A stretch of DNA of 64,000 nt from the human T2T-CHM13v2.0 reference genome, Homo sapiens, in NCBI RefSeq assembly GCF_009914755.1, contig NC_060928.1. One strand, 5' to 3'. Below, in pieces: positions 24,151 to 43,592 of this stretch. The translations under genes were made by a program, and so were the position numbers. Under the pieces are notes generated by a model. That model had not been told where the DNA came from, did no database searches, and was given only the letters and a program-made list of their open reading frames with translations. Within the stretch, counting starts at the first letter, position 1; each line of letters begins with the position of its first letter.

Positions 24151-24801
24151 AGTGCTTTCTGTATTGGTGTTGTTTGAGAAAGCAGGAAAGTTACAACTGC
24201 ATTTCACTATATTGGGGGGAAAACAATTCAGACCTATGCTCGTTGCATGTTGTAATCCAGGAAAGGAATGTGGAAGTGTTTATATACTTGGCCCCATGAA
24301 TTATGGGCTTGCTGTTGTACTACACTCAGTGGAAAGCTGTTCATTGATACAACAGATTTTAGGAGCAGTATCAGTCATCTTAGCATGATGTATCTGCTCT
24401 TAGCTATACAACTTTGGGCAATTCTAGTTAAGACACCTCATGAAAGGAGCAAGACAGCCCAAAAATGGACAGCTACAATGATTGAGGGTGTAAGTCATCT
24501 TACACAGAGCTTAATGCATTGCTTTCCCCAAATTTTCGGTAGGTAATCTAAGGTCTGAAAGCAGTCTTCAGTATTGACACTAGCTCCTTTTAAGTGTTAT
24601 ACATCTGTTAAGTGGATCTATTAATATAATACTGTAAGTTAAAGTTTTCAGAGAAATACTGATATTTTTCTCTAAAATATGTTCAAATGTATTTGATTAC
24701 ATAGTAGATAATGAGTCAGAAGATAGACTTGAAGAACAAAACTGTTTTTACATAAATATTTTAAGAATAATGTCAGCTCCGGTTCTAAAATTTTCTTTCA
24801 G

Positions 24802-24973
24802 ATATGATCCCAAAACAGACATGTGGACTGCAGTAGCATCCATGAGCATCAGCAGAGATGCAGTGGGGGTCTGTTTACTTGGTGATAAGTTATATGCTGT
24901 TGGGGGGTATGATGGACAGGCATACCTTAATACCGTGGAGGCTTATGATCCCCAGACAAATGAGTGGACCCAG
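24802..24973 (+). CDS. KLHL5: KLHL5 coding exon, Kelch 5-6 (RYDPKTDMW...[28 protein letters not shown])
   Basis: Acceptor ttttctttcag|A, donor CAG|gtatgg; 172 nt, phase 2 to 0. Confidence 0.96.
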
Positions 24974-25693
24974 GTATGGCATTCATGTTTCATTATTACA
25001 CTGACTCTCTTTTTATTAAAACAATTCTTATGGTAAAACAGATCCCCTCAATCTTGTCCAATACTGAAATATATGGCATAAATATGACAATCACGTTTTG
25101 ATTAGCGATGAGAAAAAGAGGCAATATTTAATTTTATAACATAATTAAAATCCAGAATTACCTTTGAGATGTAAGTTAATACTCAGAGAAATTATTAATT
25201 ATCTGCTACCACTTGCATGATGAAGTGTTCTAGCCTGATTAAAGCTGATAGGACTACAGGAGGGCTGTAACAATGGGAGGGGAGACTGGAAAATAAAAAC
25301 AAGGATAGTAGTCAGAAAACTTTGAACAACTTGCCCATGTGTGAGCAGTCGGATTTTTAAATACTCAACCCATTGATATCTGGGAGCAGATTAAAGTCCT
25401 GATAACCTAATGAAGATGGCAACTCTAAATTACACTGAGTAAGAAACCTGATCTGGCAGTCTTACTAACAGAAAGAATTTCACCCTTGTGTATTTCTGGG
25501 AGGGTCTAGCACTTCTAAAAATGATCTTTTGAGATCTTTGCTTCCATCATCACCAAGAACAGAATCAGGAATTTGTGCTTGTGTCACCCAGTTCAGTACT
25601 TGGTACATAAAAGACAATAAATGTTTAACTGAGCCAAGATTTTCTTGTATACAAGGAGCCATGATAAGTATGGTCAAGAAAACAAAGCTTCTA

Positions 25694-29258
<3,565 letters not shown>

Positions 29259-30660
29259 TTTGAAGTTTTCCTTTCAGTGTTCTGACAGATGGACATTTGT
29301 ATAGGCACTAAAATGAGATGACAAAGTCCTAAGCCACTACCCACCTCACTACCAGCCTTACCTCAAAGCAAGAGGTGATTGCATTGTATTTAACAAATTC
29401 TCTAAGCTACACTTTCTAGCTAGTTGTCATGACAGTGTCAACTATTCACAATGTAGAGACTAAGATTCTTGGATGATTTGAGAAGAGCTACTAATTATAA
29501 ACTGACATTTTGATATAAATGATTTTTGAGGTCAGTTCGATAATGCTATCAATAAGTATGGTTTTAAAATAGGTTATTTGATTGTTCCAAGAGACTTACA
29601 GTGATCAAAACAACTGATTCAGATGGAGAACTACTGAGAATTCTCTTATAACTGAAGTCTGACCTGTTCTTAAAATCTACTCATTGGTCTAGGGGGTCAA
29701 ACTGATTAGGAAGTCATTTTGGCATTTGACAAAAATACTTTAGTACATACCCTAACATATATAAGTACAAAGCAAACTTTCTTAGTACTTTGCATTACTC
29801 ACCCCCTGAATCCATGTTAACATTTTAACTCTCCTGGGTCAAATGCATAGATTCTTACTGTGTTCAGAGTAATTCTTCAGAACTATTTTTGTCCACACTT
29901 TTATTTCCACTATGAATTACCCAGTGTCTAGAGTTCCTATTGTTCAAAAAAGAGGTGAAAGATTTAAGAATTGTTCTTTATCCATAAATTTAGATTGCAT
30001 TCCTTCCCCTAGCAACCCTCTCCTGACTTCTATCTCACTGTAATAGGGCTCATTCACTGAGTTTGTTTCCACTCCCAGGGGAGTTGGATGGGTAGCATTT
30101 ATTATTTATTTAGTCTGCTAAAAAGTAGTAGAATGGGTTTAGACTTTTCAGCCATGCACGTAGAAGGTAGTCAAAAAATGTGAGGTTATGAGTTCTTCTA
30201 GAATAAGCAGATCCCCAGGCATTCAGAGTATTTTGTATGCTACCTCTGAGATAGCATGGCTGTTAGAGGACCTCTCTAGATAACACTTGATCTTTCCTCC
30301 ATATTGGTCACAGAGTTACTGTAAGTGTTCAGCATTTCTTCATATCCATACTGTGTATCATTTTGGCTAAAATAGAGTGTTTCATGTAGATTAATTCTTG
30401 AGCTGTTTTAAAAATCACCTTTAAAGAAGAATGAATGCTACACAATCATGATGTACCCAAAACAACTTAGTCTATGAAACTTTGCCATGGAAGGTGGCTC
30501 TTGGGAAGGGGACCAGGCCAGAAACAGCGCTGATACAGCAGGGGCCAGGGCAACAACCCTTTGCCAACAAGTACAGGCTGTTTCAATATTTCACCAACTG
30601 GCATAGTGGTGTTGACATTTTAACCTACAGATCCAATACATATCTCTTTTTCCTTTTTAG

Positions 30661-30717
30661 GTTGCTCCACTGTGCCTAGGAAGAGCTGGAGCTTGTGTTG
30701 TGACTGTAAAATTATAA
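30661..30717 (+). CDS. KLHL5: KLHL5 terminal coding exon portion VAPLCLGRAGACVVTVKL*
   Basis: Strong acceptor tctctttttcctttttag|GTT, phase 0; TAA at 30715-30717. Completes Kelch 6. Confidence 0.95.
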   Translation, partial: VAPLCLGRAGACVVTVKL

Positions 30718-31271
30718 TTTAGTGCCCTGTTTTCTACATGAAGACACCGTCTTCCTTTATTAATTTAGTATAATTATTCTATCAATGGATACATTTTTAG
30801 TAAATGTGCATTGTCACAATCCTGGGCACAAAGTGCCTGATGTCAAAATGAAGATAGTAAAACAAGGGAGGAAGCAGTGGATGGACCAGGATTAATTCCT
30901 TTCATTTCTTAGTAAATTAAAACCTGCAGCTGGTGGATTGTGAACACACATTCCCGAAGTAATAAGTGAGGACGAATGCACTGCTCTGGAACATAACCCA
31001 GTGCTAACTGGGGGTTTCATTTATTCAGTCAAGCACATCTTACTCACATCCAGATTTATTTTCCTACAGTGCAAACACACCAGATGAAACTTTAAAATGT
31101 TACTTTTTGTAAGCTTATCATAAATGAGTTGCAGTAATTTGTTTGCTTGTTTGTTTAACCACAACCACTATTTTAATGATATACTAAAGATAACACTATT
31201 TAGTTTTTTCAGAAACATCTGCATTATATGTGTGTTGGTTGTGGATTTTGTTTCTAAAATTGGCTTAGTCC

Positions 31272-31470
31272 AATAAATAAAGAAAAGCATTAAGGACTTA
31301 AAGCAACAATAACCAAATAAAAACTTGATAGGATCTTTGAAGTCTATTTAAATATTCATTCCATTACATCTAGACTCACCAAGAACTACATGTTATGATG
31401 TTAAGTTGAAGTTGAAACATGATGTTTTGCATTAAATTTAAGATATGCAAATTTATGTAGAGAAAATAAA
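31272..31470 (+). terminator. Cluster of candidate proximal polyadenylation signals
   Basis: AATAAA at 31272-31277, 31276-31281, 31316-31321 and 31465-31470, with U/GU-rich sequence downstream. Confidence 0.5.
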
Positions 31471-32173
31471 TGTTATATACCCTATAATCTTTCACCTAAT
31501 TAGTATTTAATTATATGGATTTGTTTTATATTATAAAAGATGTTTTGATTTTGTCTTTTGATATTGACAAAATTGTTTGGATATCCTTATGTTCTCAAGT
31601 CTGTATCTGCCTCCCCTGCCTTATTTCTTATGTTTTGCCACAGTTAACCCATTGTGCTTCTTTGTAATCAAACAGTTTGTGGGAGAATGGGCTTATTGAA
31701 TGTCTAAAAAATAAGTTTAAAGTGTTTGTTACCCTAAGTTTTTTACATTTTTAAACTCTAATTACATATGTGAATGTTATTACTCTCAGTGAATTGTTAT
31801 TGTTTGCAAAAATGCACTGGGCAGTAACATTTTGTGATAAATCCTATAAGATATAAGTCATTGAGATGTCTAAGATGCTTTTTATTTTAACCCCAGTTAA
31901 TAACCACCTTACGGAAAATAATATTTGCTAATATTGTTTATTGTGAACTAGGAATCAAAGTTTTTGTATGCATCAATGCACTTAATCCTTATAACAACCT
32001 TATGAGGTAGTTCTATTCCCTTTTTATAGCTAAGGAAATTGGGGTACAGAGAAGTTAGCCCCAAGGTTATATATTGCAAGTAAGTGGCAGAGCAGGGATT
32101 CATACAAAGACCTTCTCACTCAGCAGTCTTCACTCTTACTATTCCTGCCACTAGGTAGAAAAAGAAAGATTTC

Positions 32174-32499
<326 letters not shown>

Positions 32500-32754
32500 T
32501 TATGTGAGGAATTATTTTAATAAAAAAAAGAGGGTTTATGCTCTATAGTAATAAAATTTACCAGTAACACCCAATCAGAAAATTTTGGTTCCTTAGTATT
32601 TAGGGAAGACTTTTGTTTAAATCTCTTATGGAATTTTACATGTTTTGATTTAGAAAAGTAGATGCAATATAATATATTTCAAGTTTTATACATATTAGAT
32701 GAATTGCATGGTATTTTAGGCAACTTAACTATAAACAAATTTATTCATAGAAGC

Positions 32755-34444
32755 ATTGTTGCCAACAATTTAGATGACCTAGATGAAAAAACACACCAAT
32801 TGACAAAACTGGCTCAAAAGGAAATAAAAAATCCAAACAGACCTGTAACAAGTAAAGAGATTGAACCAGTAATCAAAAATCTCCCAACAAAGAAAGTCCA
32901 GGATTAAATGAGTTTACTGGCAAACTATGCCAAACATATAAAGAAGAATTAACACTAATCCTTCTTGAACTCTCCCAAAAAATGGAAGAGAAAGGAGCAC
33001 CCTGTGACATTCTATAAGGCGGACATTACCTTAACACCAAAGCCAGACAAAGACCTCACAGGGAAGCTACAGACCAATATCCCTTATGAATATAGATGCA
33101 AAAAAACTTCAAAATACTAGCAGGCCAAATCCAGCAGCTTATTAAAATGATCACACAGCATGACCAAGTGAGATTTATCAAAGAAATGCAGGGATGGTTC
33201 TACATACAAATGTCAATCGATGTAATAATATACCATATTAATAGAATGAAGGGGAAAAAACAGCATGATCACCTCAATTGATAAGAAAAAGCATTTGACA
33301 AAAATCCAACACCCTTTCATGGTAAAAACACTCTGCAAACTAGGAAGAAAAGGGAACTTTCTTAACCTGATAAAGACATCCATAAAAACCCACAGCTAAC
33401 AACATAATAGCAAAACATTGAAAATTTTTCCCCTAATATCATGAAAATTCCTGATTTCCCCACTGCTATTCAACATTATACTAGAAGGTCTAGCCAGAGC
33501 AATTAGGCAAGAAAAAGAAATAAAATGAATCCCAAATAGGAAGAAGTAAAACTACATTTGCAGAAAACATGGTCCTATATATTAAAAATCCTAAAGAATC
33601 CACAAAATGATTCCGGCTGATTTTAAAAATTCAGCAATGTTGCAGGTTGCAAGATCAACACACAAAAGTCTAAGAAAAACCTGAGGGGAAATTAAAACAA
33701 TTTCATTTACAATAACATGAAAAAGAATAAAATACTTAGAAATAAATTTGACCAAGAAAGTGCAAGACTTGGACACTGAAAAGTACAAAACGTTGCTGAA
33801 AGAAATTAAAGAAGACCTAAATAAATGGAAGACATCCTGTGCTGGCAGGTTGGAAGACTTAACATTGTTAAGATGGCATTACTCCCAAAATTAGTCTATA
33901 GATTTAATACAATCCCCATTAAAATTCCAGTGACCCTTTTACAGAAACTGAAAAGCTGACCCTAGAATTTATATGGGATTGCAAGTTACTGAAGGTACTC
34001 AAGTCTGTTCAAAACAATCTTGAACAAGAATAAAGTTGAAGGACTCGCATTTTCCAATTTCAAAATTTACTGCAAAGCTACTTCAATCAAAACAGTGTTG
34101 TGCTGGTATAAAAATATATAAAGCAATAGAGTAGAATGGAAAGTCCAGAAACAAATTACGCCAATACACTATGGTCAATTGATTTTTGACAAGGGTTCCA
34201 GGACCATTCAATGAAGAAAGAACAGTGTCTTCAACTAATAGTGCTAAGACAAGTGAATATTCACATGCAAAAGAATGAATTTGTACCTGTACTTCATACC
34301 ATATATAAAAATTAATTCAAAATAGATCAAAGACCTAAATGTAAGAGCTAAAACCATAAAACTTTGAGAAGAAAATACAGGAATAAATCTTCATGACCTT
34401 GGATTTGGCAATGGTTTCTTAGATATGGCACCAAAAGCACAAGC

Positions 34445-34484
<40 letters not shown>

Positions 34485-35500
34485 AAATTAAAAGCTTCTA
34501 CATATCAAGGGACACTATGAAGAAAGTGAAAAGACAACCCACAGAATGGGAGAAAATATTTGTAAATCTTACATATCTGGTAAGGAACTAATACCTAGAA
34601 TATATAAGGAACTCCGATGCTCGACAACAAAAAGACAAACCAATTTTAAAATGGGCAAAGGACTTAAATAGACATTTCTCTAATGAAGATATACAAATGG
34701 CCGACAAGCACATGGAAAGCACTCAACCTCATCAGTCATTATGCAAATCAGCGCCACAAGAAGATACCACTTCACACCTATTAGAATGACGAAATAGACC
34801 TAGGATCTAAACCTACAGGAAAAAAAAATGAATAATAGAGAAAATAAATGTTAGAGAGGATGTGGAGAAATTGAAAACCTTCATTCGTTGTTGGTGGGAA
34901 TGTTAAATGGTGTAGCCACTGTGGAAAACAGTTTGGCAGTTCCTCAAGTTAAAAAAAAGAATTACCATATGACCCAGCAAGTCCACTCCTGGGCATATAC
35001 TGAAAAGAACTGAAAACAGGTGTTCAAGCAAAAACTTTCACGCAAATATTCATCGCAGCACTAGTCACAGTAGCCAAAAAAGAGGAAACAACCCAAATGG
35101 CCATCAGCTGATGAATGAATAAACAAATTGTGGTATCTCCACACGGCACAATAGAATATTCAGCCATAAAGAGAAATGAGGGACTGATACATGCTAAAGC
35201 ATGGATGAGCCTTGAGCGCATTTTTGCCAAGTGAAAGAAGGCAGACACAAAAGGCAACGTATTGCATGAGTGCATTTATATGAAATATCCAAAATAGGCA
35301 AATCCATGGAGACAGAAAGCAGATAAATGGTTGTAAGAAGCTGAGAGAAAGGAGTGGGGAGAGATTGCTAAAAAGGAGTTTCCTTCTAGGGTGATGAAAA
35401 TGTTCTGGAACTACTTATTGGGGATGATTGCACAACATGGTGAAGGTACTCAATGTCACTAATGGTAAATTTCACATACACTTTACCATAATTTTTAAAA
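32755..35500 (+). mobile_element. 5'-truncated L1M (L1MB-like), ORF2 RT/C-terminal region plus 3'UTR; degenerate
   Basis: ORF2-like peptides (NRPVTSKEIEPVIKNLPTKK; [14 protein letters not shown]) with stops and frameshifts; L1MB-type 3' end. Confidence 0.88.
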
Positions 35501-35858
35501 AGCTTTATTAGCTACATTATGTTATGATACTTAAATGTCATAACAATAGCATTCTGTACGCTTCACTAGGATAAAAACTTCGGATTTATATGCATCTGGA
35601 AGAGAAATTTTTCACTGTAATTTGCAAATAAATGAATTTCTAAAAATCTAACAGAAAGGCTCTTAAATCTTAATTTCAACCTAAGAAGGGAGTGAGAAAC
35701 AACGAGAACCATGAGGGGAGAGTTAACGGGGAACTTCCCCACCGTCCGGTACATGGCAGGCATTCCACAAATGTTTTCTAAAAGTTGAAATAGACATCTT
35801 TTCATGAACTCTGTAATATTTGAAATTATTGATAACTCTTACACAAAAACAAATATTC

Positions 35859-35864
35859 AATAAA
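35859..35864 (+). terminator. Candidate distal polyadenylation signal
   Basis: AATAAA followed by CA at about 35879 and a U-rich tract at about 35907-35920. A second AATAAA lies at 35627-35632. Confidence 0.55.
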
Positions 35865-36364
35865 ATGATATTTAATTTCACTGTGACTAGATAATACTCA
35901 TGTAATATTTTTTATTTTTTAACTGGAGTAAAAAAAATCAAATGCCATGAAAAATTACAGGCTACTTATGGCATTTTCATCATTCTGAGTCTTAAAGAAC
36001 TTATATGAACGCACCACCTCTTCCATCACAGCCTCTGTCCTCATTCCTGAGATGTAGGAGAGTACCGTGTTTTTTTGTATCTTCTCCTGGGGCTGAACAA
36101 CTTGCGAGCCTCTTGAAGAAATGCCGTATTGACTGATGTGGGTATTGGCATCATCGCTAGACTTCACTGCCACCCTCATTTCCCCCTAGTCCTGGGTAAT
36201 TATTTGGGCTAACGAGGTATAATCTAGAAAGCAAACCCAGGGAAGCTCGGGAAGCAAATCTAGTGCCCTGGATCTTTGCCCAGGTTCAAGCTGGTTCCAT
36301 TTGACCATATTTCTTTGTGGATAATAAACAATTATATTTAATTCAGGTATTTTCACATACTTTT

Positions 36365-36688
36365 GAGGACAGCAAAGATCACCTGGTGGCCATCAAGCAG
36401 ACCATCTGGAGGCAAAACTCCTTATCTGAGGAATTCAGAAGTCATTAGACTGCCCTATTATCTAAAGCCGGCATCTTGTACTAGGCTTCTTTACCAAAAA
36501 TGTATTTAATGTAAGTAACTAGAATTTTTATACATCTCCGGAATGAATGTGTGTCAGAAGTTACTGGGCAACCCTTGCTGACGTCAAGGCACCAAAATGT
36601 GTACAAATGTAATCGTTTACCATGACCTGTGTAACGAATGTGGTCAAAATTACCCTTACACTCCTGCTTTAAGGTCCATAAATACCTT
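36365..36688 (+). mobile_element. Truncated ERV1-class LTR (family uncertain)
   Basis: LTR-like motifs ggaggcaaaactccttatctgaggaatt and ctttaaggtccataaatacc. Confidence 0.5.
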
Positions 36689-36721
36689 GTTATTACTCCA
36701 TTTTCACACTGCTATAAAGAA

Positions 36722-39160
<2,439 letters not shown>

Positions 39161-39693
39161 TCAACTTTTATTTCAGAGTTAGGGGGATACAAGTGTAGGT
39201 TTGTTACATAGGTATATTGTGTGATGCTGAGGTTTGGGGTACGGATGATCCTGTCACTTCGGTGGTGAACACAGCACCCAACAGATAGTTTTTCAGCCCA
39301 CAGCCCCTACCTCCCTTCCCTCTGTAGGAGTCTCCAGTGTCTATTGTTCCATCTTTATGTCCTTTATAACAGATTTTCAAATGTTATTGTATTTTACTCA
39401 ATATTTGGGTTGTGGAGAAATTTTATAATTTATTTGCATTACATAAATCCTTCACAATGAGAAACAGTCATTGCAAAGATTGTACCAGATGATTGGTCAG
39501 ATCCCTTCCAGCTCCAGTATTCACTAAGGTAGACTGAATATCACATGACTGTCTCCTGGGAACCCACCCAGCAACTATAACATCTTTGAATATGAATCCC
39601 AGCCAGAACCTGGAATGCCACAGGAGTTGTTACCCCATTGCTTGAACTACAATCCAGTGATTCTCAACTACAGTGTCATGGTAGGATTACCTG

Positions 39694-40204
39694 TGCTGAG
39701 ACTAGCTCGGTCGGGGAGACCCTAATCCAGCGGCGCTAGAGGAATTAAAGACATATACGCAGAAATATAGAGGTGTGAAGTGGGAAATCAGGGGTCTCAC
39801 AGCCTTCAGAGCAGAGAGCCCCGAACAGAGATTTACCCACATACTTATTAACAGCAAGCCAGTCATTAGCATTGTTTCTGTAGATATTAAATTAACAAAG
39901 TATCCCTTATGGGAAACGAAGGGATGGGCCAAATTAAAGGAATAGGTTGGGCTAGTTAACTGCAGCAGGAGCAAGTTCTTAAGGCACAGATCGCTCATGC
40001 TATTGTTTGTGGCTTAAGAATGTCTTTAAGCAGTATTCTGCCCTAGGTGGGCCAGGTGTTCCTTACCCTCATTCCCGTAAACCCACAACCTTCCAGTGTG
40101 GGCGTTATGGCCATCATGAACATGTCACAGTGCTGCAGAGATTTTATTTATGGCCAGTTTTGGGGTCAGTTTATGGCCAGATTTTGGGGGGCTTGTTCCC
40201 AACA
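39694..40204 (-). mobile_element. MER9 (HERV-K HML-3) solo LTR inserted in a MER5-like DNA transposon
   Basis: Reverse complement begins TGTTGGGAACAAGCCCCCCAAAATCTGGCCATAAACTG and ends ...GGGTCTCCCCGACCGAGCTAGTCTCAGCA; 511 bp with TG...CA termini. Flanks ccagtgattctcaa / ccaggtgattctaatgtgcagcca resemble MER5. Confidence 0.88.
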
Positions 40205-40496
40205 ACTCGAAGAATTTTAAAATACATAGATGCCTGCACTTCACTCCAGGTGTGACATCTTGGGATGCCAATCCCAGCCAGAACCCAGGTGATTCTAATG
40301 TGCAGCCACCTTTAGGAGGATGACCAGGCCCCATTCCACACAATGGTGCCGTAGGCTCCTCTCACACTGCGTCCCTGACTCACCAACTTCTTCAAATCCG
40401 GGCCCTTTGTGTTATTCCACGAGCAAACTTTTCAAGCACCCTCAAGCACGTTTACAAGAGCCAGTTATTTACATAATTATGAGATTACAAATAATT

Positions 40497-43236
40497 CTTT
40501 TTTTTTTTCTTTTGAGACAAGGTCTCACTCTGTCTCCCAGGCTGCAGCTTAATGGTGTGATCTCGGCTCACGGCAACCTCCACATCATAGGCTCAAGCAA
40601 TCCTCCTGCCTCAGCCTCCCAAGTACCTGGGACTACAGGCATGCACTACCATGCCTGGCAAATTTTTGTATTTTTTTTTTTTTTTTTGTAGAGATAGCAT
40701 ATCACCATGTTGGCCAGGCTGGTCAAGAACTCCTGGACTCAAGAGATCTGCCTGCCTTGGCCTCCCAAAGTGCTAGGATTACAGGTGTGAGCCACCGTGC
40801 CCAGCCTGACATTACAAATCCTTTTTATCTGCTAAAGTTCCCTGAAGACAACTACTAGGTACTTTACTAGTTGTATCAAGCCAGTGCAAGATATAAAATT
40901 TAATTTATTTTAAAACATCATACCATGTGGAGGTTTCTACTAATTTAGTTGAGCTTTCCCAAATTATACCAAATCAGTGAGGCTGACAAATATCATATTT
41001 TTGTAAAAGAAATGGAATATTTTAATTAAAGTTACTTAAAAAGATATTTGTGAGAGTCTAAAATGGATCAGAGCTTTTAAAGCCATGAACAACTCAGCAG
41101 ACATTGGTTTCTGGGTACCATGTTTGAGTAGATTATTCAGAAGAATCATCCTGCTTAAAACCACCACAAATTCAGAATGAAACATAAAATATGTTATCTT
41201 TAAAGCATTAAAGCACAGACAAAATTTTCAGGATTAAGAGGACAAAAATCTAAGTGAAAGCCAACCAGGTGCAGTGGTTCATGCCTGTAATCCTAGCACT
41301 TTGGGAGGCCCAGGCAGGATTGCTTGAGCCCAGGAGTTTGAGACCAGCCTGGGGCAACATAGTGAGATCTGTCTCTACAAAAAATACAAAAATTAGCCGG
41401 GTGTGGTGGTGCGTGCTTGTAGTCCCAGCTAGTTAGGAGGCTGAGGTGAGAAGATTGCTTGAGCCTGGGAAGTTGAGGCTCCAGTGAGCCAAGATCACAC
41501 CACTGCAGTGCAGCCTGGGTGATAGAGCGAGACCCTGTCTCAAAAAAAAAAAAAAAGAAAAAAATCCAAGTGAAAGGAGAGAAGACTTGGAAAAATAAGC
41601 AGAGAACTGAAGCTCTTTTGCCCCAAGGGCATTTGCCAAACTCTCAAAAATTCCCCTTCGGTTCTGTCGACCTCCCAGGGGATGGGATAGAGAACTCAAA
41701 ACCTAGGATCTGTCCAAGGTGGGAAGATCCTATTTCTATATAGCTGGGACCTCTAAGTACTACAGCTTCGAAGGTAAGGACAAACCAGAAGAACACCTAC
41801 CTCACTCCCCATTATCAGGAGACTACAAAAAAAGGAAAGGAAATGCATTGGAATGTCCAGGAAGAGGTGACCACAAACCAGTCTCCCCGGAAAGCTGCAG
41901 CCCAGATTCACGTTACTTGAAAAAGGAATCTGAATAATCCTATTTATTTAAAGAAAATCTTCCCACAAAGAAAACTCTAAACTGGGCGTGTTGGCTCACT
42001 CTTGTAATCCCAGCACTTTGGAAAGCTGAGGCGGGTGAATCACTTGAGCTCACAAGTTCGAGACCAGTCTGGGCAAAATGGCAAAACTCTGTCTCCACTA
42101 AAAATAAAAAAAGTGGCCAGGTGCCATGGTGCGCACCTGTAGTCCCAGCTACTTAGGAGGCTGAGTTGGGAGGCTCACTTGAGCCCAGGAGCAGAGGTTG
42201 CAGTAAGCCGAGATCACCGCACTGCACTCCAGCCTGGGCGACAGAGTGAGACCTCATCTCAAAGAAAAAAAAAAAAGAAAGGAAAAGAAAACTCTAGGCC
42301 TTGATATTTTCATTGTCATTTTCTACCAGTCAAGGAAGACTATCTTTCTGAAAGGTATTTAAGCAGAAAAATAAATGCCCACAGAAAATAGCACAAGGGA
42401 AACACCCTAGCTACACAATTTTAGTACATTTCTCATTCATATTCCCTTCAACAATGCTAAAACGTGTTCATTTCATTACACTAAGCAATTCTATAATTAC
42501 TCAAAATATGGTGAAAGACTTTCTTCTCTAATTCTATCTAGTCTTTCATATTGCTCACTATATTGACTGCCATTACTATAATCTGTTAAATAATGAGCAT
42601 TTCAGAAAGTATTGTAATACCTAAAAATGTTAAATGATAGTCTAGTCGCAGGAATCAAAACCACAGTACATCCACATCTGCACACTGGTGACAAGTCGTC
42701 TGACCATAATAAAATAATAACTTAATATTATATATTTTAATAGTCATAATTTTAAAATTATTCTCTCTTGTTAGTAATAAAAATTATTCAGGTCAATTTT
42801 TCTTTGGCTTATCCAGCAGATGTTTTAGATTAAATCAAAGTGTTAAAAATTATGCTAATTTATGATTCTTGGTTGTTTGCTGATACTGCATAGTTAATGC
42901 TATTTAGCACATTGTCATTTTTTCAACTAATTACATTGTGCTTTAAGATTTGAGCTAAAGATTTTTTTGCACTGAATTATGTACATTCATATAATAACCT
43001 GTGAGTATAGACTCCCAGGGAGCCAGGTAGAACTATTCAATTAAAGTTCATGATAAAAATGTGATAAGTATTATTGGCATAAGGAATATACTTAAAATTA
43101 AGGGTTTCATCTGTATGACTCACACCTGTAACCCAAGTGCTTTGGGAGGCTGAGGCAGGAGGATTGCTTGAGGCCAGGAGTTCAAAACCAGCCTGGACAA
43201 CATAGCAAGACCCCATTTCCTAAAAAAAAAAAAAAA
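40497..43236. mobile_element. Alus: - ~40497-40807, + ~41262-41560, + ~41980-42290, + monomer ~43115-43236
   Basis: Alu consensus matches. Confidence 0.85.
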
Positions 43237-43397
43237 GTTTTTAATTAAAAAAAATTTTTTTATCTGTAGTAAGGCAAAGTTCCCAAACAAATACATATTT
43301 AAATGAGCACCTTTCTGAAGGACAAAGATAGAGAAAAATGCCCAATATAAGATTATACCTCAGCATTCTAGGTCAAAAGACCTAGAAACTATAGCTC

Positions 43398-43592
43398 TAT
43401 AGTCAGCAAACTACAGCCCACAGGTCAACTCTGTCTGCTATTTGTTTTTATAAATAAAGTTTTATTGGAACACAGACATGCTCATTTGTTGATGTCTGTA
43501 GCAGCTTTTGTGTTATGACAACAAAGTTGAATAGCTGTGACAGCGACTATATCTTTTTCTTGACATTTACAGAAAACATTTCCAACCTGTGC
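43398..43592. mobile_element. MER58A-like hAT DNA transposon
   Basis: gtcagcaaactacagccc...tttataaataaagttttattggaacacagacatgctcattt...tttacagaaaacatttccaacc. Confidence 0.75.

Noticed and set aside
34454-34481. Long A-tract that looks like a polyA tail
   Set aside because: It is an expanded A-run within the L1 body. It would cause oligo-dT internal priming artefacts rather than mark a true 3' end.
35955-36179. 74-aa minus-strand ORF in unique-looking sequence after the UTR
   Set aside because: Short, with no homology I recognise, and I cannot support a pseudogene call without a search.
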